Shown: positions 40,503-51,174, counted from the first letter of the stretch. The stretch is DNA of 64,000 nucleotides from Bacteroidota bacterium (GCA_013360915.1 JABWAT010000009.1:3337-67336), one strand, 5' to 3'. The notes: generated by a model from the letters alone, not told the origin. Numbers and translations are program-made.

Positions 40503-43481
40503 TTATTTGTTAAAGATCATCCGCCGTGACTGAATGGTTCCCTGAGTTTCCAGCCGGACCACATACAAACCGCTGCTCAGTCCGCGAGCATCGAACCGTC
40601 GGGTCACCATACCGGCTTGGAATAGTCCGTCGGCCAGGACGGTGATTTCCTGCCCAAGAGCATTGAATATCGTCAGACGTGCATATCCGCCCTGTGGCAA
40701 CCAGAAGGAAACCACGGTGGATGGATTGAACGGATTCGGGTAATTCTCATACAGTTCCGGTTTAAACGCGGTTTGGGGTTCTTCATCCACTGAAACAGGG
40801 GTATCACCCAAAGAGTTGTACCAGGCCCCATTGTAGTACCAGCCATCGCTTCCGCTGCGGCTCAGGTCTGAGGATTGCTTGCCGGCGCCGTCGTTGAAAA
40901 CAATACTGGCCGAATTGGCACCGGTAAAGGTGTACTTATACCAATTGTTACCAATGCTGGTCATGTCGACTCCCGGCCAGGTGGTGGTAGCTCCGCTTGA
41001 CACGTTCCAGAAGTAGATTTTTACTCCCGCCCAATCGGCCGGTTTGTAAAGGTAGATATCCATGTCTGGATCCTGAGGTCCGCCGGTATCGGGTTTTGAG
41101 TCATACCAGGCCCCGTTGTAAAACCATCCTTCCGACCCGGAGCGGGTCAGATCGGCCGTTTGCTTGCCTGCTCCGTCATTGAAGACAATGCTGGCCGAGG
41201 TGGCTCCGGTAAACGTATGCTTATACCAGTTTTCACCTTCAGAAACCATGTCGACCCCTGGCCAGGTGCTGGTTGCATTGGCCACATTCCAGAAGTGAAT
41301 TTTTACGCCGGACCAGTCCTCGGGTTTGTAAAAGTGAACGGTCAGGTTGGATCCGCCACCCCCGCCGGTAATGGTGTAATGCCAGTCCTGATTGCTGTTG
41401 TTGTCCCAGGTTCCCGACCCGTTATTGAAAACGAAGTCGAGTGTGCCGGTGGCCGTTTGAGGAACATTGACTGTAACAGTCCACGTGCCATCCTGCTTTT
41501 TCGTCATGGGCGAGGTGGTGGTGGTGCCGGTCCAGGAGTTGAAGGACCAGTACAGGTTAACCACCGTGTTGTCATTCAGAAATCCGTCATAAGTAATGGT
41601 TACCGGCTGACCCGCTTTGACCGGATCTGGACTGACTGTAACTTTTCCTCCCGGATTTCCGCCGCCGCCGCCATCTGAGGAGGATTGGAAAAATCCGGTG
41701 CCGAGTTCGCCGATCCGTCCCGGTCCGTTATGGACATAGATGCCGGCTGAAGAGGGGGAAACTTTGAAGCTGAGTGTTCCGCCGGTGACTTCAATTTCAT
41801 GCCCGGTAACCGCATCGCGGTAGGTGCCGTTTTTCTTCAGTCCGGTAAAGGTAAAGGTGACCGGTCCGTCTTTTGCCAATCCAACCGCCACATAACTGTC
41901 GCCCGATTCGCGTACATAACCAACCCCATTGCCGTGGTCGCCGCCTGCCCAGGTCCACGATCCTTTTTGCAACGCTGGAATGGCCTTCCGCATATCGTTG
42001 AGTTTCTTAAGGTGCTTGTAGAGTTTGTTGGTTGGGGCATTATTCATGGCTGTTCCGTAATAAGCCCGTCCGGTACGGTCAAGGGATTTTTCTATATCGG
42101 CAGACTCGTGGATGTCTGCATAAGCCCCTTTCATAAACTGCATTTCGGTTCCGTAATAGATAATCGGAATGCCACGCCAGGTAAACATGAAATTCATGGC
42201 AGCAGCCAGGTTTTCTGCGGATCCGCCGTAACGACGGTTCCAGTCGTTGTTTGGACCGAAATCATGATTATCCAGCCAGAGCATATTCGTGGAAGGATCT
42301 GCATACAGATGATCATAGCGCGCTGCACTTTTTACACCCGAAAAGGCACCGCCTTCTTCAAAGACATTGTGAAAAGTGGCCTGAGCATAAAAATCGATGA
42401 CGGCCATTCCCGAGTTTGCACTTGAACCCGGTGCTCCCCGCCAGGTGTACCAGTGCGGATTGATCTCTTCAACCGGGTGTAATTCGTGGCGCTTCTGAGC
42501 CACTTCACCAAATACAAACAGATCGGGGTTGATCTTTTTCCATTCATCCAGAAAATACAGGACCGATGCGCGGTCCATGTGTTTGATGGTATCCCATCGG
42601 AAGGCGTCCACACCCATGTCAATAAAGGTTTTATAGGCTGCCACCAGATAATCCCGGACCGCCTGGCTTTCTGTATTCAGGTCGGGAGTATCACCAGCCA
42701 ATGCCCGGTTGTACAGGTTTTCGGTGTCGTCATAACCCTGGGCAAATCCGTTTCCTGAGTGGTGATACCAGATGGGATCGCTGGTATCAACATAGGATTC
42801 TTTCGATGGCCAGTTGTGAGCGGCCAGATTCGCATTGTAGGGTGACGGCATTTTTGCCAGATTAGCACGGCTCCAGATTTTGTTGTCATCGGGGTTGGGT
42901 GTCAATCCGTCATATTCCCAGTTTGGATTATCCTGCAGGGTGTTTCCGTTTTTGTCTTTGCCCCAGGGCTGGTTGGGATCGGTGTTGTATTTGATTTCCG
43001 CTTGTCCCTTGATGCCGAAACGACCTGAGTGATTGGTGACCACATCGAGAACGAGTTTCATGCCTTTTGCGTGAACCGAATCGAGAAGGGTTTTAAACGT
43101 GACGCCCTCCGATTCGTATCGGGGATCGACTTTGGTAAAGTCCCAGGCGTGGTATCCATGATAGTCCAGTGGTCCGCGGTTCTGCACCACCGGGGTGATC
43201 CAGATGGCCGTGAATCCCATGTTCTTAATAAAATCGAGTTTATCGATCAGACCCTTGAAATCGCCTCGCCAGGTGACATCGTTCGGATCGGTGATTTGTC
43301 TTCCCGGATTGGTGGGGTCATAGGAACACCATTCGGTTGGCCGGTTGTTCGTGGGATCTCCGTCATAAAACCGGGTGGTCATCAGGAAGTAAATGGTTTC
43401 TTCACGGAAATCGGTCTGAGCATGGGCTGTTAAAATGGCCGCCAACAGAAAAGCCGGAACCAGAAGTCGTTTTAATTGCAT
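40503..43481 (-). CDS. Secreted GH13 alpha-amylase with two tandem starch-binding-like (CBM25/26-like) repeats and a T9SS C-terminal sorting domain
   Basis: GH13 catalytic regions (DVVTNH, GVDAFRWDTIKHM, EVAQ, LDNHD). Two repeats of about 85 aa (WPGVDM...NWYK.TFTGA.SASIVFNDGAGKQ). The C-terminal LYVVRLETQGTIQSRRMIFNK is a type IX secretion sorting-domain-like tail. Confidence 0.85.
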   Translation of the reverse strand: MQLKRLLVPAFLLAAILTAHAQTDFREETIYFLMTTRFYDGDPTNNRPTEWCSYDPTNPGRQITDPNDVTWRGDFKGLIDKLDFIKNMGFTAIWITPVVQNRGPLDYHGYHAWDFTKVDPRYESEGVTFKTLLDSVHAKGMKLVLDVVTNHSGRFGIKGQAEIKYNTDPNQPWGKDKNGNTLQDNPNWEYDGLTPNPDDNKIWSRANLAKMPSPYNANLAAHNWPSKESYVDTSDPIWYHHSGNGFAQGYDDTENLYNRALAGDTPDLNTESQAVRDYLVAAYKTFIDMGVDAFRWDTIKHMDRASVLYFLDEWKKINPDLFVFGEVAQKRHELHPVEEINPHWYTWRGAPGSSANSGMAVIDFYAQATFHNVFEEGGAFSGVKSAARYDHLYADPSTNMLWLDNHDFGPNNDWNRRYGGSAENLAAAMNFMFTWRGIPIIYYGTEMQFMKGAYADIHESADIEKSLDRTGRAYYGTAMNNAPTNKLYKHLKKLNDMRKAIPALQKGSWTWAGGDHGNGVGYVRESGDSYVAVGLAKDGPVTFTFTGLKKNGTYRDAVTGHEIEVTGGTLSFKVSPSSAGIYVHNGPGRIGELGTGFFQSSSDGGGGGNPGGKVTVSPDPVKAGQPVTITYDGFLNDNTVVNLYWSFNSWTGTTTTSPMTKKQDGTWTVTVNVPQTATGTLDFVFNNGSGTWDNNSNQDWHYTITGGGGGSNLTVHFYKPEDWSGVKIHFWNVANATSTWPGVDMVSEGENWYKHTFTGATSASIVFNDGAGKQTADLTRSGSEGWFYNGAWYDSKPDTGGPQDPDMDIYLYKPADWAGVKIYFWNVSSGATTTWPGVDMTSIGNNWYKYTFTGANSASIVFNDGAGKQSSDLSRSGSDGWYYNGAWYNSLGDTPVSVDEEPQTAFKPELYENYPNPFNPSTVVSFWLPQGGYARLTIFNALGQEITVLADGLFQAGMVTRRFDARGLSSGLYVVRLETQGTIQSRRMIFNK

Positions 43482-43702
43482 GGTTGTCTCACTTAATTGT
43501 TATACAGAGTCAACAAAGTTCCTGGAATTGTAAAATCAAGTCAATAAAAGGGCTTTTATCGGATGATGACGATCACTGGAAACCGCTGATTTCTGATCTT
43601 TCTCATCCACATTTAATGATTGGGAACCTGACGACGGGTGAGAAGGGTTGAAAGTCGGTCAGTTATTTTACCATTGTACTTTTCATAGCCGGGGTCTTTA
43701 AA

Positions 43703-44785
43703 ATGGAACTCACTACCATCCTTCTGTTCATTGTTGGTCTGGTATTGCTTGTTACGGGTGCCGACATCCTCGTCAAAGGGGCTTCCCGGCTGGCACGGGT
43801 GATCGGGTTATCGCCGCTGATTATCGGACTGACCGTGGTGGCTTACGGGACCAGTGCCCCGGAAGTGGCTGTCAGTACGGCCTCGGTTTTTAATGGTCAG
43901 CCCGATATCGCCATTGGGAATGTGGTCGGCAGCAACATCGCCAACATTCTGCTCATTTTGGGTATCAGTGCGTTAATCGCCCCTTTGGTGGTTTCCCGCC
44001 AATTGATCATTCTCGATGTTCCGATCATGATCGGGCTTTCCCTGTTGGTTTTGCTGATCAGTCTGGATGGCTTTATCGGATTCTGGGATGGTTTTCTCTT
44101 TGTGGGCATGCTGGTGGCCTATACCATTTTTCTGGTAAAAAAGGACCAGACGATAACGACCGAGCCTGAAACCATGGAGATTGAGTTACCCGATTCCAGA
44201 ACGTTCCGTCACATTCTCTTTATCGTGAGTGGACTGGCGCTCCTGATTCTCGGTTCGGACTGGATGGTGGATGGGGCGGTTTATATTGCCCGGCTGGCTG
44301 GGTTAAGCGAACTGATTATCGGACTCACGATTGTGGCCGTTGGGACCTCTCTTCCAGAAATTGCCACTTCCATTCTGGCGACCATCCGCGGACAGCGTGA
44401 CATTGCTGTCGGGAATGTAATCGGAAGCAATATTTTCAATATCCTCGGGGTTCTCGGCATTTCTGCCCTTTTCAGCGGATCCGGATTGCCCGTTGCCAAT
44501 TCCCTCATCACCTTCGATCTGCCCATTATGCTGGCCGTGGCCGTGGCCTGTATGCCTATTTTTCTTCACGGGCACCTGATTGACCGGTTTGAGGGCGGGT
44601 TGTTTTTGTTCTATTACATAGCCTATGCCACCTATCTGGTCCTTCAGGCCTCGTCTCACGATGCGCTTCCGGCCTTCAGTGCCACCATGATTTGGTTTTT
44701 ACTCCCGGTAACGGTCATTACCATCATCCTGATTGCCTGGAGAGCCTTCCATCAGGGTGATTTTGACCGGCTGCGCGACATGTGA
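43703..44785 (+). CDS. Ca2+/Na+ antiporter (CaCA/YrbG family)
   Basis: Two alpha-repeat regions (GTSAPE / GTSLPE) across 10 TM helices. Confidence 0.85.
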   Translation: MELTTILLFIVGLVLLVTGADILVKGASRLARVIGLSPLIIGLTVVAYGTSAPEVAVSTASVFNGQPDIAIGNVVGSNIANILLILGISALIAPLVVSRQLIILDVPIMIGLSLLVLLISLDGFIGFWDGFLFVGMLVAYTIFLVKKDQTITTEPETMEIELPDSRTFRHILFIVSGLALLILGSDWMVDGAVYIARLAGLSELIIGLTIVAVGTSLPEIATSILATIRGQRDIAVGNVIGSNIFNILGVLGISALFSGSGLPVANSLITFDLPIMLAVAVACMPIFLHGHLIDRFEGGLFLFYYIAYATYLVLQASSHDALPAFSATMIWFLLPVTVITIILIAWRAFHQGDFDRLRDM

Positions 44786-45316
44786 TTAAAGCGTTACCCG
44801 CCTGAATCTGAATGACTCTTCGTAAGATGAGCCATCCTTTTTCTTCATGGCCAGATAGAAAATCAAGTGATCTTTCGTACCGAAGTCGATGGTCAGTCCG
44901 GAAAAATAACAGGTGTTGTTTTCCATCCGGATAAATGAAAACCGGGTGGTCTCTTCTTTGGGTTCCCAGGTGGCCCCATCGGGTGATACATGCTTGATCC
45001 GCATCTGAGTAACACCATCCCACGTGCCGAGTTGCATGTGCTCGGTGAATATCAGTGTGTCGGCAACCACCAGTCTGAATAAGCCGGTCATCTGCCCGCC
45101 CGATGCTGGCAGCCACAACTCCTCAACCAATCCACCTAAAGCTTCACCCTTCCAGTAGCCGGTAAGGTGGTGAAGAGAATCCAGCACAATCTGGTTTCCT
45201 TTCACCCCAGGTTCCAGTTTCAGGGTGTGTTCCGTGTGTTTGTTCTGACCCCAGGCAGCCAAACTGCCAAACAGAAAAATGACTGTCATCCATATCATCC
45301 GCATACCATCCCTCAT
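44786..45316 (-). CDS. Hypothetical secreted protein
   Basis: Signal peptide and no recognisable domain. Confidence 0.35.
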   Translation of the reverse strand: MRDGMRMIWMTVIFLFGSLAAWGQNKHTEHTLKLEPGVKGNQIVLDSLHHLTGYWKGEALGGLVEELWLPASGGQMTGLFRLVVADTLIFTEHMQLGTWDGVTQMRIKHVSPDGATWEPKEETTRFSFIRMENNTCYFSGLTIDFGTKDHLIFYLAMKKKDGSSYEESFRFRRVTL

Positions 45317-45320
45317 CGAT

Positions 45321-45632
45321 TTACCAACGCCTCCACCAGGAAAAAGCCAGCACCCCGGAAGCCACCAGAGAAAGCACCATCCACATGATTTCAGTCAGAC
45401 GCGGCGGGAAAAGCGGATTGAATACCAATCCAATTACCGCGAACCACATGATCGGCCAGATGTTATGACGGTTTCCGGTTGAAAGCAGATTTAGAAAACA
45501 AACCACAGTAACGACCAGTCGGGTGAGGGTCGAAAATTCATCCGGTACCGGAAAAAGGGATATCAGAAGAAATCCCGCGCCAACCAGCCGGGTGTGCATG
45601 ATTTGTCGTCGTTGAGCCGGAGTCAGGTGCAT
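45321..45632 (-). CDS. Hypothetical small membrane protein
   Basis: Three hydrophobic helices. Confidence 0.3.
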   Translation of the reverse strand: MHLTPAQRRQIMHTRLVGAGFLLISLFPVPDEFSTLTRLVVTVVCFLNLLSTGNRHNIWPIMWFAVIGLVFNPLFPPRLTEIMWMVLSLVASGVLAFSWWRRW

Positions 45633-45755
45633 GATTTTCCGTTTTTTGTGATGAAGATAGCGGAAGTAGGTGTTCTTAAGAAAATATAAACCTGATTTGA
45701 ATCCGCCTGAATAGCTGATGTTTTATTTTTGACTGTCAATCAAAAAGGACCAGGT

Positions 45756-47867
45756 ATGAATCGCTTCTTTTTGCTGACGGCATCCCTTCTGATGTTATCA
45801 GCCTGTCAACCCAATCAAACCGATATGAACAAGAACAATCCATTTTTTGCAGAATGGACCACTCCGCACGGAGTTCCGCCATTTCAGGATATCAAACCAG
45901 AGCATTACCTGCCGGCTTTTGAAGCAGGAATGGCCGAACAATTGGATGAAATGAATACCATCGCATCCCGTTCTGAGGCACCAACCTTTGAAAATACCAT
46001 TGAGGCCATGGAGAAATCCGGGCAGTTGCTCCGGAAGGTTTCCGGTGTGTTTTTTAACATTACCGGGGTGCTGAAAACCGATACCCTCTCGGCCATTGAA
46101 GTGGAAATCAGTCCGAAACTGTCGGCTCATAATGATAACATTCTCCTCAATCCGGAATTGTTTAAAAGGATAAAAACCCTATATGATTCCCGGGAGACAT
46201 TGGGTCTGACTACGGAACAGAAAAAAGTACTTGAAAACAAGTATCGTGAATTTGCACGGAACGGTGCCAATCTGGCTCCTGCCGACCAGGATACCCTCAG
46301 AAAGATTAACGAACAACTGGCCATGCTGGGTGTGAAGTTTGGCAACAATGTTCAGAAGGAAGACAATAATTACCAGATTGAACTCGATTCCACCGATCTG
46401 GCTGGTTTGCCTCCCGACATCAGGAAGGCGGGTGAGGAAGCAGCGAAAGAGCGCAACCTGGCTGGAAAATATGTCTACACCATTCATCGTCCTTCCATGT
46501 ATCCGTTCCTGACCTATTCGACCCGCCGGGATCTTCGTGAGAAGTTATACCAGGGTTACATTATGCGGGGCAACAATAACAATGAGTACGACAACAAGGA
46601 AATCCTGCGTGAGATTGTCAATCTCCGGTTGAGAAGGGCTAATTTGCTCGGGTACCCGACCCATGCAGCCTATGTTCTTGAAGACCGGATGGCAGGAAAT
46701 GCCGATCGGGTGTATGGCTTGCTGAATCAGGTGTGGCCATCGGCATTGAAACAGGCAAAAAGCGAGTTGGCTGCCATGCAGACACTTGCACGGAAGGAAG
46801 GCGTAAAGGGCGAATTGCAATCCTGGGACTGGTGGTATTATGCCGAGCAGATTAAGCAGAAAATGTATAACCTGAATGAAGAAGAAATACGTCCGTACCT
46901 GAAGGTGGATAATGTGATCAACGGAACCTTCATTCTGGCCAATAAACTGTGGGGAGTGACCTTCGAAGAAGTGAAAAACCTGCCTACCTACCATCCGGAT
47001 GTCCGGACGTATCTGGTTAAAAATGAAAAAGGGGAACTGATCGGAATCTACCTTTCCGACTGGTACTACCGCAATACCAAACGATTTGGTGCCTGGATGA
47101 ATAACATCCGTGATCAGAGCAACATACAGGGTAACCGGGTTATTCCGATTGTGGTAAACGTTGGTAATTTCACCAAACCAACGGCGGATAAACCGGCATT
47201 ATTAAGTGTGGATGATGCCAATACCTTATTCCATGAATTCGGGCATGCGGTTCATGGGTTACTGAGCGATTGTGTTTATCCTTCTATTTCCGGGACCTCC
47301 ACCCCGCGTGATTTTGTTGAATTTCCATCTCAGGTTCTCGAGAACTGGGTTTTTGAACCAGAGATGCTGAAACTTTACGCAACTCACTATCAGACCGGTG
47401 AAGTCATGCCGGCTGGTCTGATCGAGAAAATCAAAAAGGCCAAACAATTCAATCAGGGATTTATCACCACTGAATATGTGGCCGCTGCTATTCTCGATAT
47501 GGACTATCATACACGGACCACGCCCCTGACCGGCGATGTGATTGCATTTGAAAAAGCATCCCTTGACCGGATCGGTCTGATTCCTCAAATCGTCAGCCGG
47601 TACCGCAGCACCTATTACAACCACATTTTCAGTGATCCGATCGGTTATTCTTCGGGTTACTACAGCTATATGTGGAGCGAAGTACTGGATGCGGATGCCT
47701 GGACCGCATTTGAAGCACGGGGCATATTCGATCAGACAACTGCTCAGTCGTATCGGAATAACATATTAGCAGTGGGCGGCACCCGCGATGCCATGGAGAT
47801 GTACAAAGCTTTCATGGGAAGGGAACCCAAAATAGATGCTTTGCTGAAACGGCGTGGATTGAACTAA
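45756..47867 (+). CDS. dcp: M3-family peptidyl-dipeptidase/oligopeptidase (Dcp-like) lipoprotein
   Basis: HEFGHAVH HExxH motif, a lipoprotein signal (LSAC) and an AAGGA Shine-Dalgarno upstream. Confidence 0.8.
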   Translation: MNRFFLLTASLLMLSACQPNQTDMNKNNPFFAEWTTPHGVPPFQDIKPEHYLPAFEAGMAEQLDEMNTIASRSEAPTFENTIEAMEKSGQLLRKVSGVFFNITGVLKTDTLSAIEVEISPKLSAHNDNILLNPELFKRIKTLYDSRETLGLTTEQKKVLENKYREFARNGANLAPADQDTLRKINEQLAMLGVKFGNNVQKEDNNYQIELDSTDLAGLPPDIRKAGEEAAKERNLAGKYVYTIHRPSMYPFLTYSTRRDLREKLYQGYIMRGNNNNEYDNKEILREIVNLRLRRANLLGYPTHAAYVLEDRMAGNADRVYGLLNQVWPSALKQAKSELAAMQTLARKEGVKGELQSWDWWYYAEQIKQKMYNLNEEEIRPYLKVDNVINGTFILANKLWGVTFEEVKNLPTYHPDVRTYLVKNEKGELIGIYLSDWYYRNTKRFGAWMNNIRDQSNIQGNRVIPIVVNVGNFTKPTADKPALLSVDDANTLFHEFGHAVHGLLSDCVYPSISGTSTPRDFVEFPSQVLENWVFEPEMLKLYATHYQTGEVMPAGLIEKIKKAKQFNQGFITTEYVAAAILDMDYHTRTTPLTGDVIAFEKASLDRIGLIPQIVSRYRSTYYNHIFSDPIGYSSGYYSYMWSEVLDADAWTAFEARGIFDQTTAQSYRNNILAVGGTRDAMEMYKAFMGREPKIDALLKRRGLN

Positions 47868-47897
47868 AAAAAAGGGGCCCGGAAGGCCCCTTTTTTA
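47866..47897. terminator. Bidirectional terminator
   Basis: A8-GGGGCC-cggaa-GGCCCC-T6. The stop of the minus-strand gene lies in the T-run. Confidence 0.7.
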
Positions 47898-48833
47898 TTC
47901 CCATTCCCAACTGATTCCAGTTGCAAGCCTGGTATGTTCTGCCGGCGACCCCGAAGGACGACTGGTCCAGGTTGGGACCAGGGCAGTGGCATACCACCGC
48001 AGAGATTGGTAGTAAATCTTCATGGTCGCCTGCAGAAACAGGGTTGAGGACCCGGTTCCTTTTACTCTTGAACCCGAGTCGGCGTCGGCACCGGCTTTCT
48101 CGAACCGAAGTCCGGTCATGCCAACAGCGGCAAGACTAAGGGAATTATTCCGCCAGAGATCATGTGCAACTGATGCAGCGGTGGTAAGAGAAGAACCCAC
48201 CTGATAGTCATCCCGGTTTTTAGTGGAATACTTCAAGTACCAATCGCTGGCAACCGTCCAGGTATCCCACTGATCAATCCAGAGCAGGGAAGCCAGCAAA
48301 TCGGTGCTTCCGGATCCAATCTGCAGGTCCATGGGAAGCCGTTGACCCGATCCATCTTTTAAGTGATTGTTTCCGGTTGGCAATTCAAGTCCGCCTCCCA
48401 CAATCAGATAGCGGTACCATCCGCCTGAAGCCGGATTACTGATAACATATTTGGTCATAATTCCCATGTCACCCACCCATCGGGAGGTGGTGATTCCATC
48501 CGAGTCGAGGCGGTTGGCCTGCCAGGGCAGATTGGCCTGAACCATCCAGGAGGGAGACAAATGCCATAAAATGGTAAGGTCAAGAGTCTGTCGTGATTCC
48601 TGATAACCGGTTGCAGTGGTTCCGTGTCCGCCATGAGCAATTTTCGAAAAACCGGTCGATGGAGAACCTGCAACAGCATCCAGTTCGGAATGCTGTACCA
48701 GCCAATTCAGAGCAATGAGGTTTTTTCCGGTGTAATGCGGATTGACCCCGTTCAGATTATTGCAGAAATCACACGAAAAGCCTGCGATTGGTAACCCTGT
48801 AAGAAAAAGGAGAAGCAGAAAAATGCGGATCAT
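47895..48833 (-). CDS. Hypothetical outer-membrane beta-barrel-like protein
   Basis: Signal peptide, alternating amphipathic strands and an aromatic C-terminus (SWEWE). Confidence 0.35.
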   Translation of the reverse strand: MIRIFLLLLFLTGLPIAGFSCDFCNNLNGVNPHYTGKNLIALNWLVQHSELDAVAGSPSTGFSKIAHGGHGTTATGYQESRQTLDLTILWHLSPSWMVQANLPWQANRLDSDGITTSRWVGDMGIMTKYVISNPASGGWYRYLIVGGGLELPTGNNHLKDGSGQRLPMDLQIGSGSTDLLASLLWIDQWDTWTVASDWYLKYSTKNRDDYQVGSSLTTAASVAHDLWRNNSLSLAAVGMTGLRFEKAGADADSGSRVKGTGSSTLFLQATMKIYYQSLRWYATALVPTWTSRPSGSPAEHTRLATGISWEWE

Positions 48834-48861
48834 AAGCGGTTATAGAAAAAAGTTTCCCGTA

Positions 48862-49878
48862 TCAATCGGGCGGTTGTAAGTTAGGTTGATTGGTGAAGCT
48901 GGTATCGGTTAGTGACTCCAGAAAGGCAACCAGATCGGCCATTTCATCCTCCTTCAGCCCCAATGGACGCATGAGGATATCAGCATTCGGATGGTGCTTG
49001 CCTCCGCTGTTATAATGGCGGACCACCTCTTCAAGCGTACCGATGCTTCCGTCGTGCATGTACGGAGCCGTCAGAGCGACATTCCGTAACGTGGGTGTTT
49101 TGAATTTTCCGATATCTTCATCGCGTGAGGTCAGCAGATACCTGCCCGGGTCTGAATACACAGCAGCAAGGCTGTTGTTGTGAAAGTCATTATCGGTAAA
49201 ATTGAATCCGACATGGCAATGGAAACAGTCTCCCGATTCACCGAAAAACACATCGAAGCCTCGTTTGGCGGAGGCTGTCATCTGGTTGGGTTCCCCTCGG
49301 TTCCATTTGTCGAATTCCGAATTCCCGCTGATCAGAAACCGTTCAAAAGTGGCAATGGACTTGGTAATTCGTTCCAGTGTGACTTCGCGACTTCCGAAGG
49401 CTTCTTCGAACTGTGGCGGATAGACCGGATTCATGGCAATCCGCATCACCAATGTATCGGGATGGATGTTAAATTCAACCGGATTGACAATGGGTGCGAG
49501 CGCCTGTTTTTCCAGAGTCGGTACGCCGCCTTCCCACAGGTAACTATCCAGATAGGCCGTGTTGGTGAGGCCCGGGGCATTCCGGGTTCCCGTCAGGCCA
49601 TGAAAACCGGTGCTGACGGCTTTTCCGCCATCGGCAAAACCTGCGGCTGGCTGGTGGCAGCTTCCACAGGAAACCGAATAATCTTTTGCAAAGGCCTTGT
49701 CGAAAAATAACTGCCTTCCCAGTTCAAATTTTTCCTGTGTAAGCAGATTGTCACCCGGAACCGGAACAGGCGGAAAGTTACGGGGAACCGATGGGGAGGC
49801 CGGTGTCGGCCCCCCCTCTTCGGTTTCGACGCCACATGCAGTGAGAAGTATGAGCAAGACGAAAAGTCGCGGCCACAT
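48862..49878 (-). CDS. Di-haem cytochrome c peroxidase (CCP/MauG family)
   Basis: Two CxxCH motifs (CGSCHQ, CFHCHV) in a CCP-like framework. Confidence 0.85.
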   Translation of the reverse strand: MWPRLFVLLILLTACGVETEEGGPTPASPSVPRNFPPVPVPGDNLLTQEKFELGRQLFFDKAFAKDYSVSCGSCHQPAAGFADGGKAVSTGFHGLTGTRNAPGLTNTAYLDSYLWEGGVPTLEKQALAPIVNPVEFNIHPDTLVMRIAMNPVYPPQFEEAFGSREVTLERITKSIATFERFLISGNSEFDKWNRGEPNQMTASAKRGFDVFFGESGDCFHCHVGFNFTDNDFHNNSLAAVYSDPGRYLLTSRDEDIGKFKTPTLRNVALTAPYMHDGSIGTLEEVVRHYNSGGKHHPNADILMRPLGLKEDEMADLVAFLESLTDTSFTNQPNLQPPD

Positions 49879-50672
49879 TATAACTTCCGGCTGAATAAGC
49901 TTTTACTGTTCAGAAAGATCCGGTCAGCCAGATTGGCCGGTCCAACATGATGAATCCGCTCGGTCGTGTTCATTTTCGGGCTCAGTTTGTTGGCCGGATT
50001 TATTCCGGCGTTAAAAAGCTTCGAGTAATCGACGAGCACATCAAACGTAGAAGTCTTACCAGCCTCCACTACAAAGGTGGTTTTGGTCCCTGTGAATGAA
50101 GCCAATGAAACGGGTAGTTTCCGCGTGTCTTCACCCACATGGTAGGAAATGGAAATGGACTTTCCGACCGAATCAACCGTGCCTTCAATTTTGTGGAAAA
50201 TATAGCCAGGATTCCACGACCAGTACATGCCGGAAGCAGTTCCCAGCGGCGATGTTTGGGTGGATGCATCCTTGTGGTTTTCTGAGTAGGGAATCCCAAC
50301 CGAGAATTTCACTCCACGATAGATTCCTGGCTTTCCTTCCAGTTCAACGGTTACTTTCCCGTTGGTACCCGATTGGCTGAAATCAACCATGAAAATGCCA
50401 TCTGCCGCATGATCTGTTCCGAATGAATCGACCAAAGCGATTTCCGAGATGTAAAATTTCAGGGTTGAAAAGGAAACAGTATCACCTGCACCGGTCACAT
50501 ACTTTGTTCCCAGTTGAAGTTCAGAGGAACCAAACATGGCATCAAAGGTCAGGTTGACGTGAGTATGAACATGATCATCATCATCGTCTTCTGATTCTGT
50601 GGAGGAATCACAGGAAACGATTAACGATGAAATCAGAAAAATGGACAGAAAGGTATAAATGGGTTTTTTCAT
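49878..50672 (-). CDS. Lipoprotein with an acidic/His-rich N-terminus (DDDDDHVHTH), partner of the peroxidase
   Basis: Lipobox (IVSC). Real start MKKPIY at 50672. The start overlaps the CCP gene. Confidence 0.4.
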   Translation of the reverse strand: MKKPIYTFLSIFLISSLIVSCDSSTESEDDDDDHVHTHVNLTFDAMFGSSELQLGTKYVTGAGDTVSFSTLKFYISEIALVDSFGTDHAADGIFMVDFSQSGTNGKVTVELEGKPGIYRGVKFSVGIPYSENHKDASTQTSPLGTASGMYWSWNPGYIFHKIEGTVDSVGKSISISYHVGEDTRKLPVSLASFTGTKTTFVVEAGKTSTFDVLVDYSKLFNAGINPANKLSPKMNTTERIHHVGPANLADRIFLNSKSLFSRKL

Positions 50673-50784
50673 ATGTGTTAAAAAAAATAGGTGAAATCCG
50701 GACCAAATACCCGGAAATGAAGGGTGTTCGAATTCCGGCACCATTGGTGCGGAATGTCATTCTGTTCAGAGATTGAGTGAAAGA

Positions 50785-51174
50785 TCAGGCGTGATCGGGA
50801 GGAGGGGATTCCGGAGAAACCGTACGACGAAGTAACCTTGAAATTAAATAAAGCGGAATTGTGCTTTGCTTCTCGCTAAACCGGTTTGAAGGAGAAATCA
50901 GGAGTATAACCGGATCGGTCTTGTCCTTGATTTTAAAATCCTGTTTACTGCTGATGGGTCTTGCCGGTTCGGATTGTGTTTCTTTTTCAATTTGTTTGCT
51001 CAGGTAACACTTTCCATTACACTCAACCACCACTTTCTCACAGACTGTTTCGCTGATTTCCTTCTGGTTAAACGAAAACCAGAAGGTCAGCCAGGCAACG
51101 GAATTGATCTGAATGAACAGAACCAATATTGTCAGGACCGCAGTCAGACGTGTATGAAATTGAAGACCTTGCAT
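50785..51174 (-). CDS. Hypothetical membrane-anchored protein
   Basis: ORF with N-terminal hydrophobic helix; weak support. Confidence 0.25.
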   Translation of the reverse strand: MQGLQFHTRLTAVLTILVLFIQINSVAWLTFWFSFNQKEISETVCEKVVVECNGKCYLSKQIEKETQSEPARPISSKQDFKIKDKTDPVILLISPSNRFSEKQSTIPLYLISRLLRRTVSPESPPPDHA

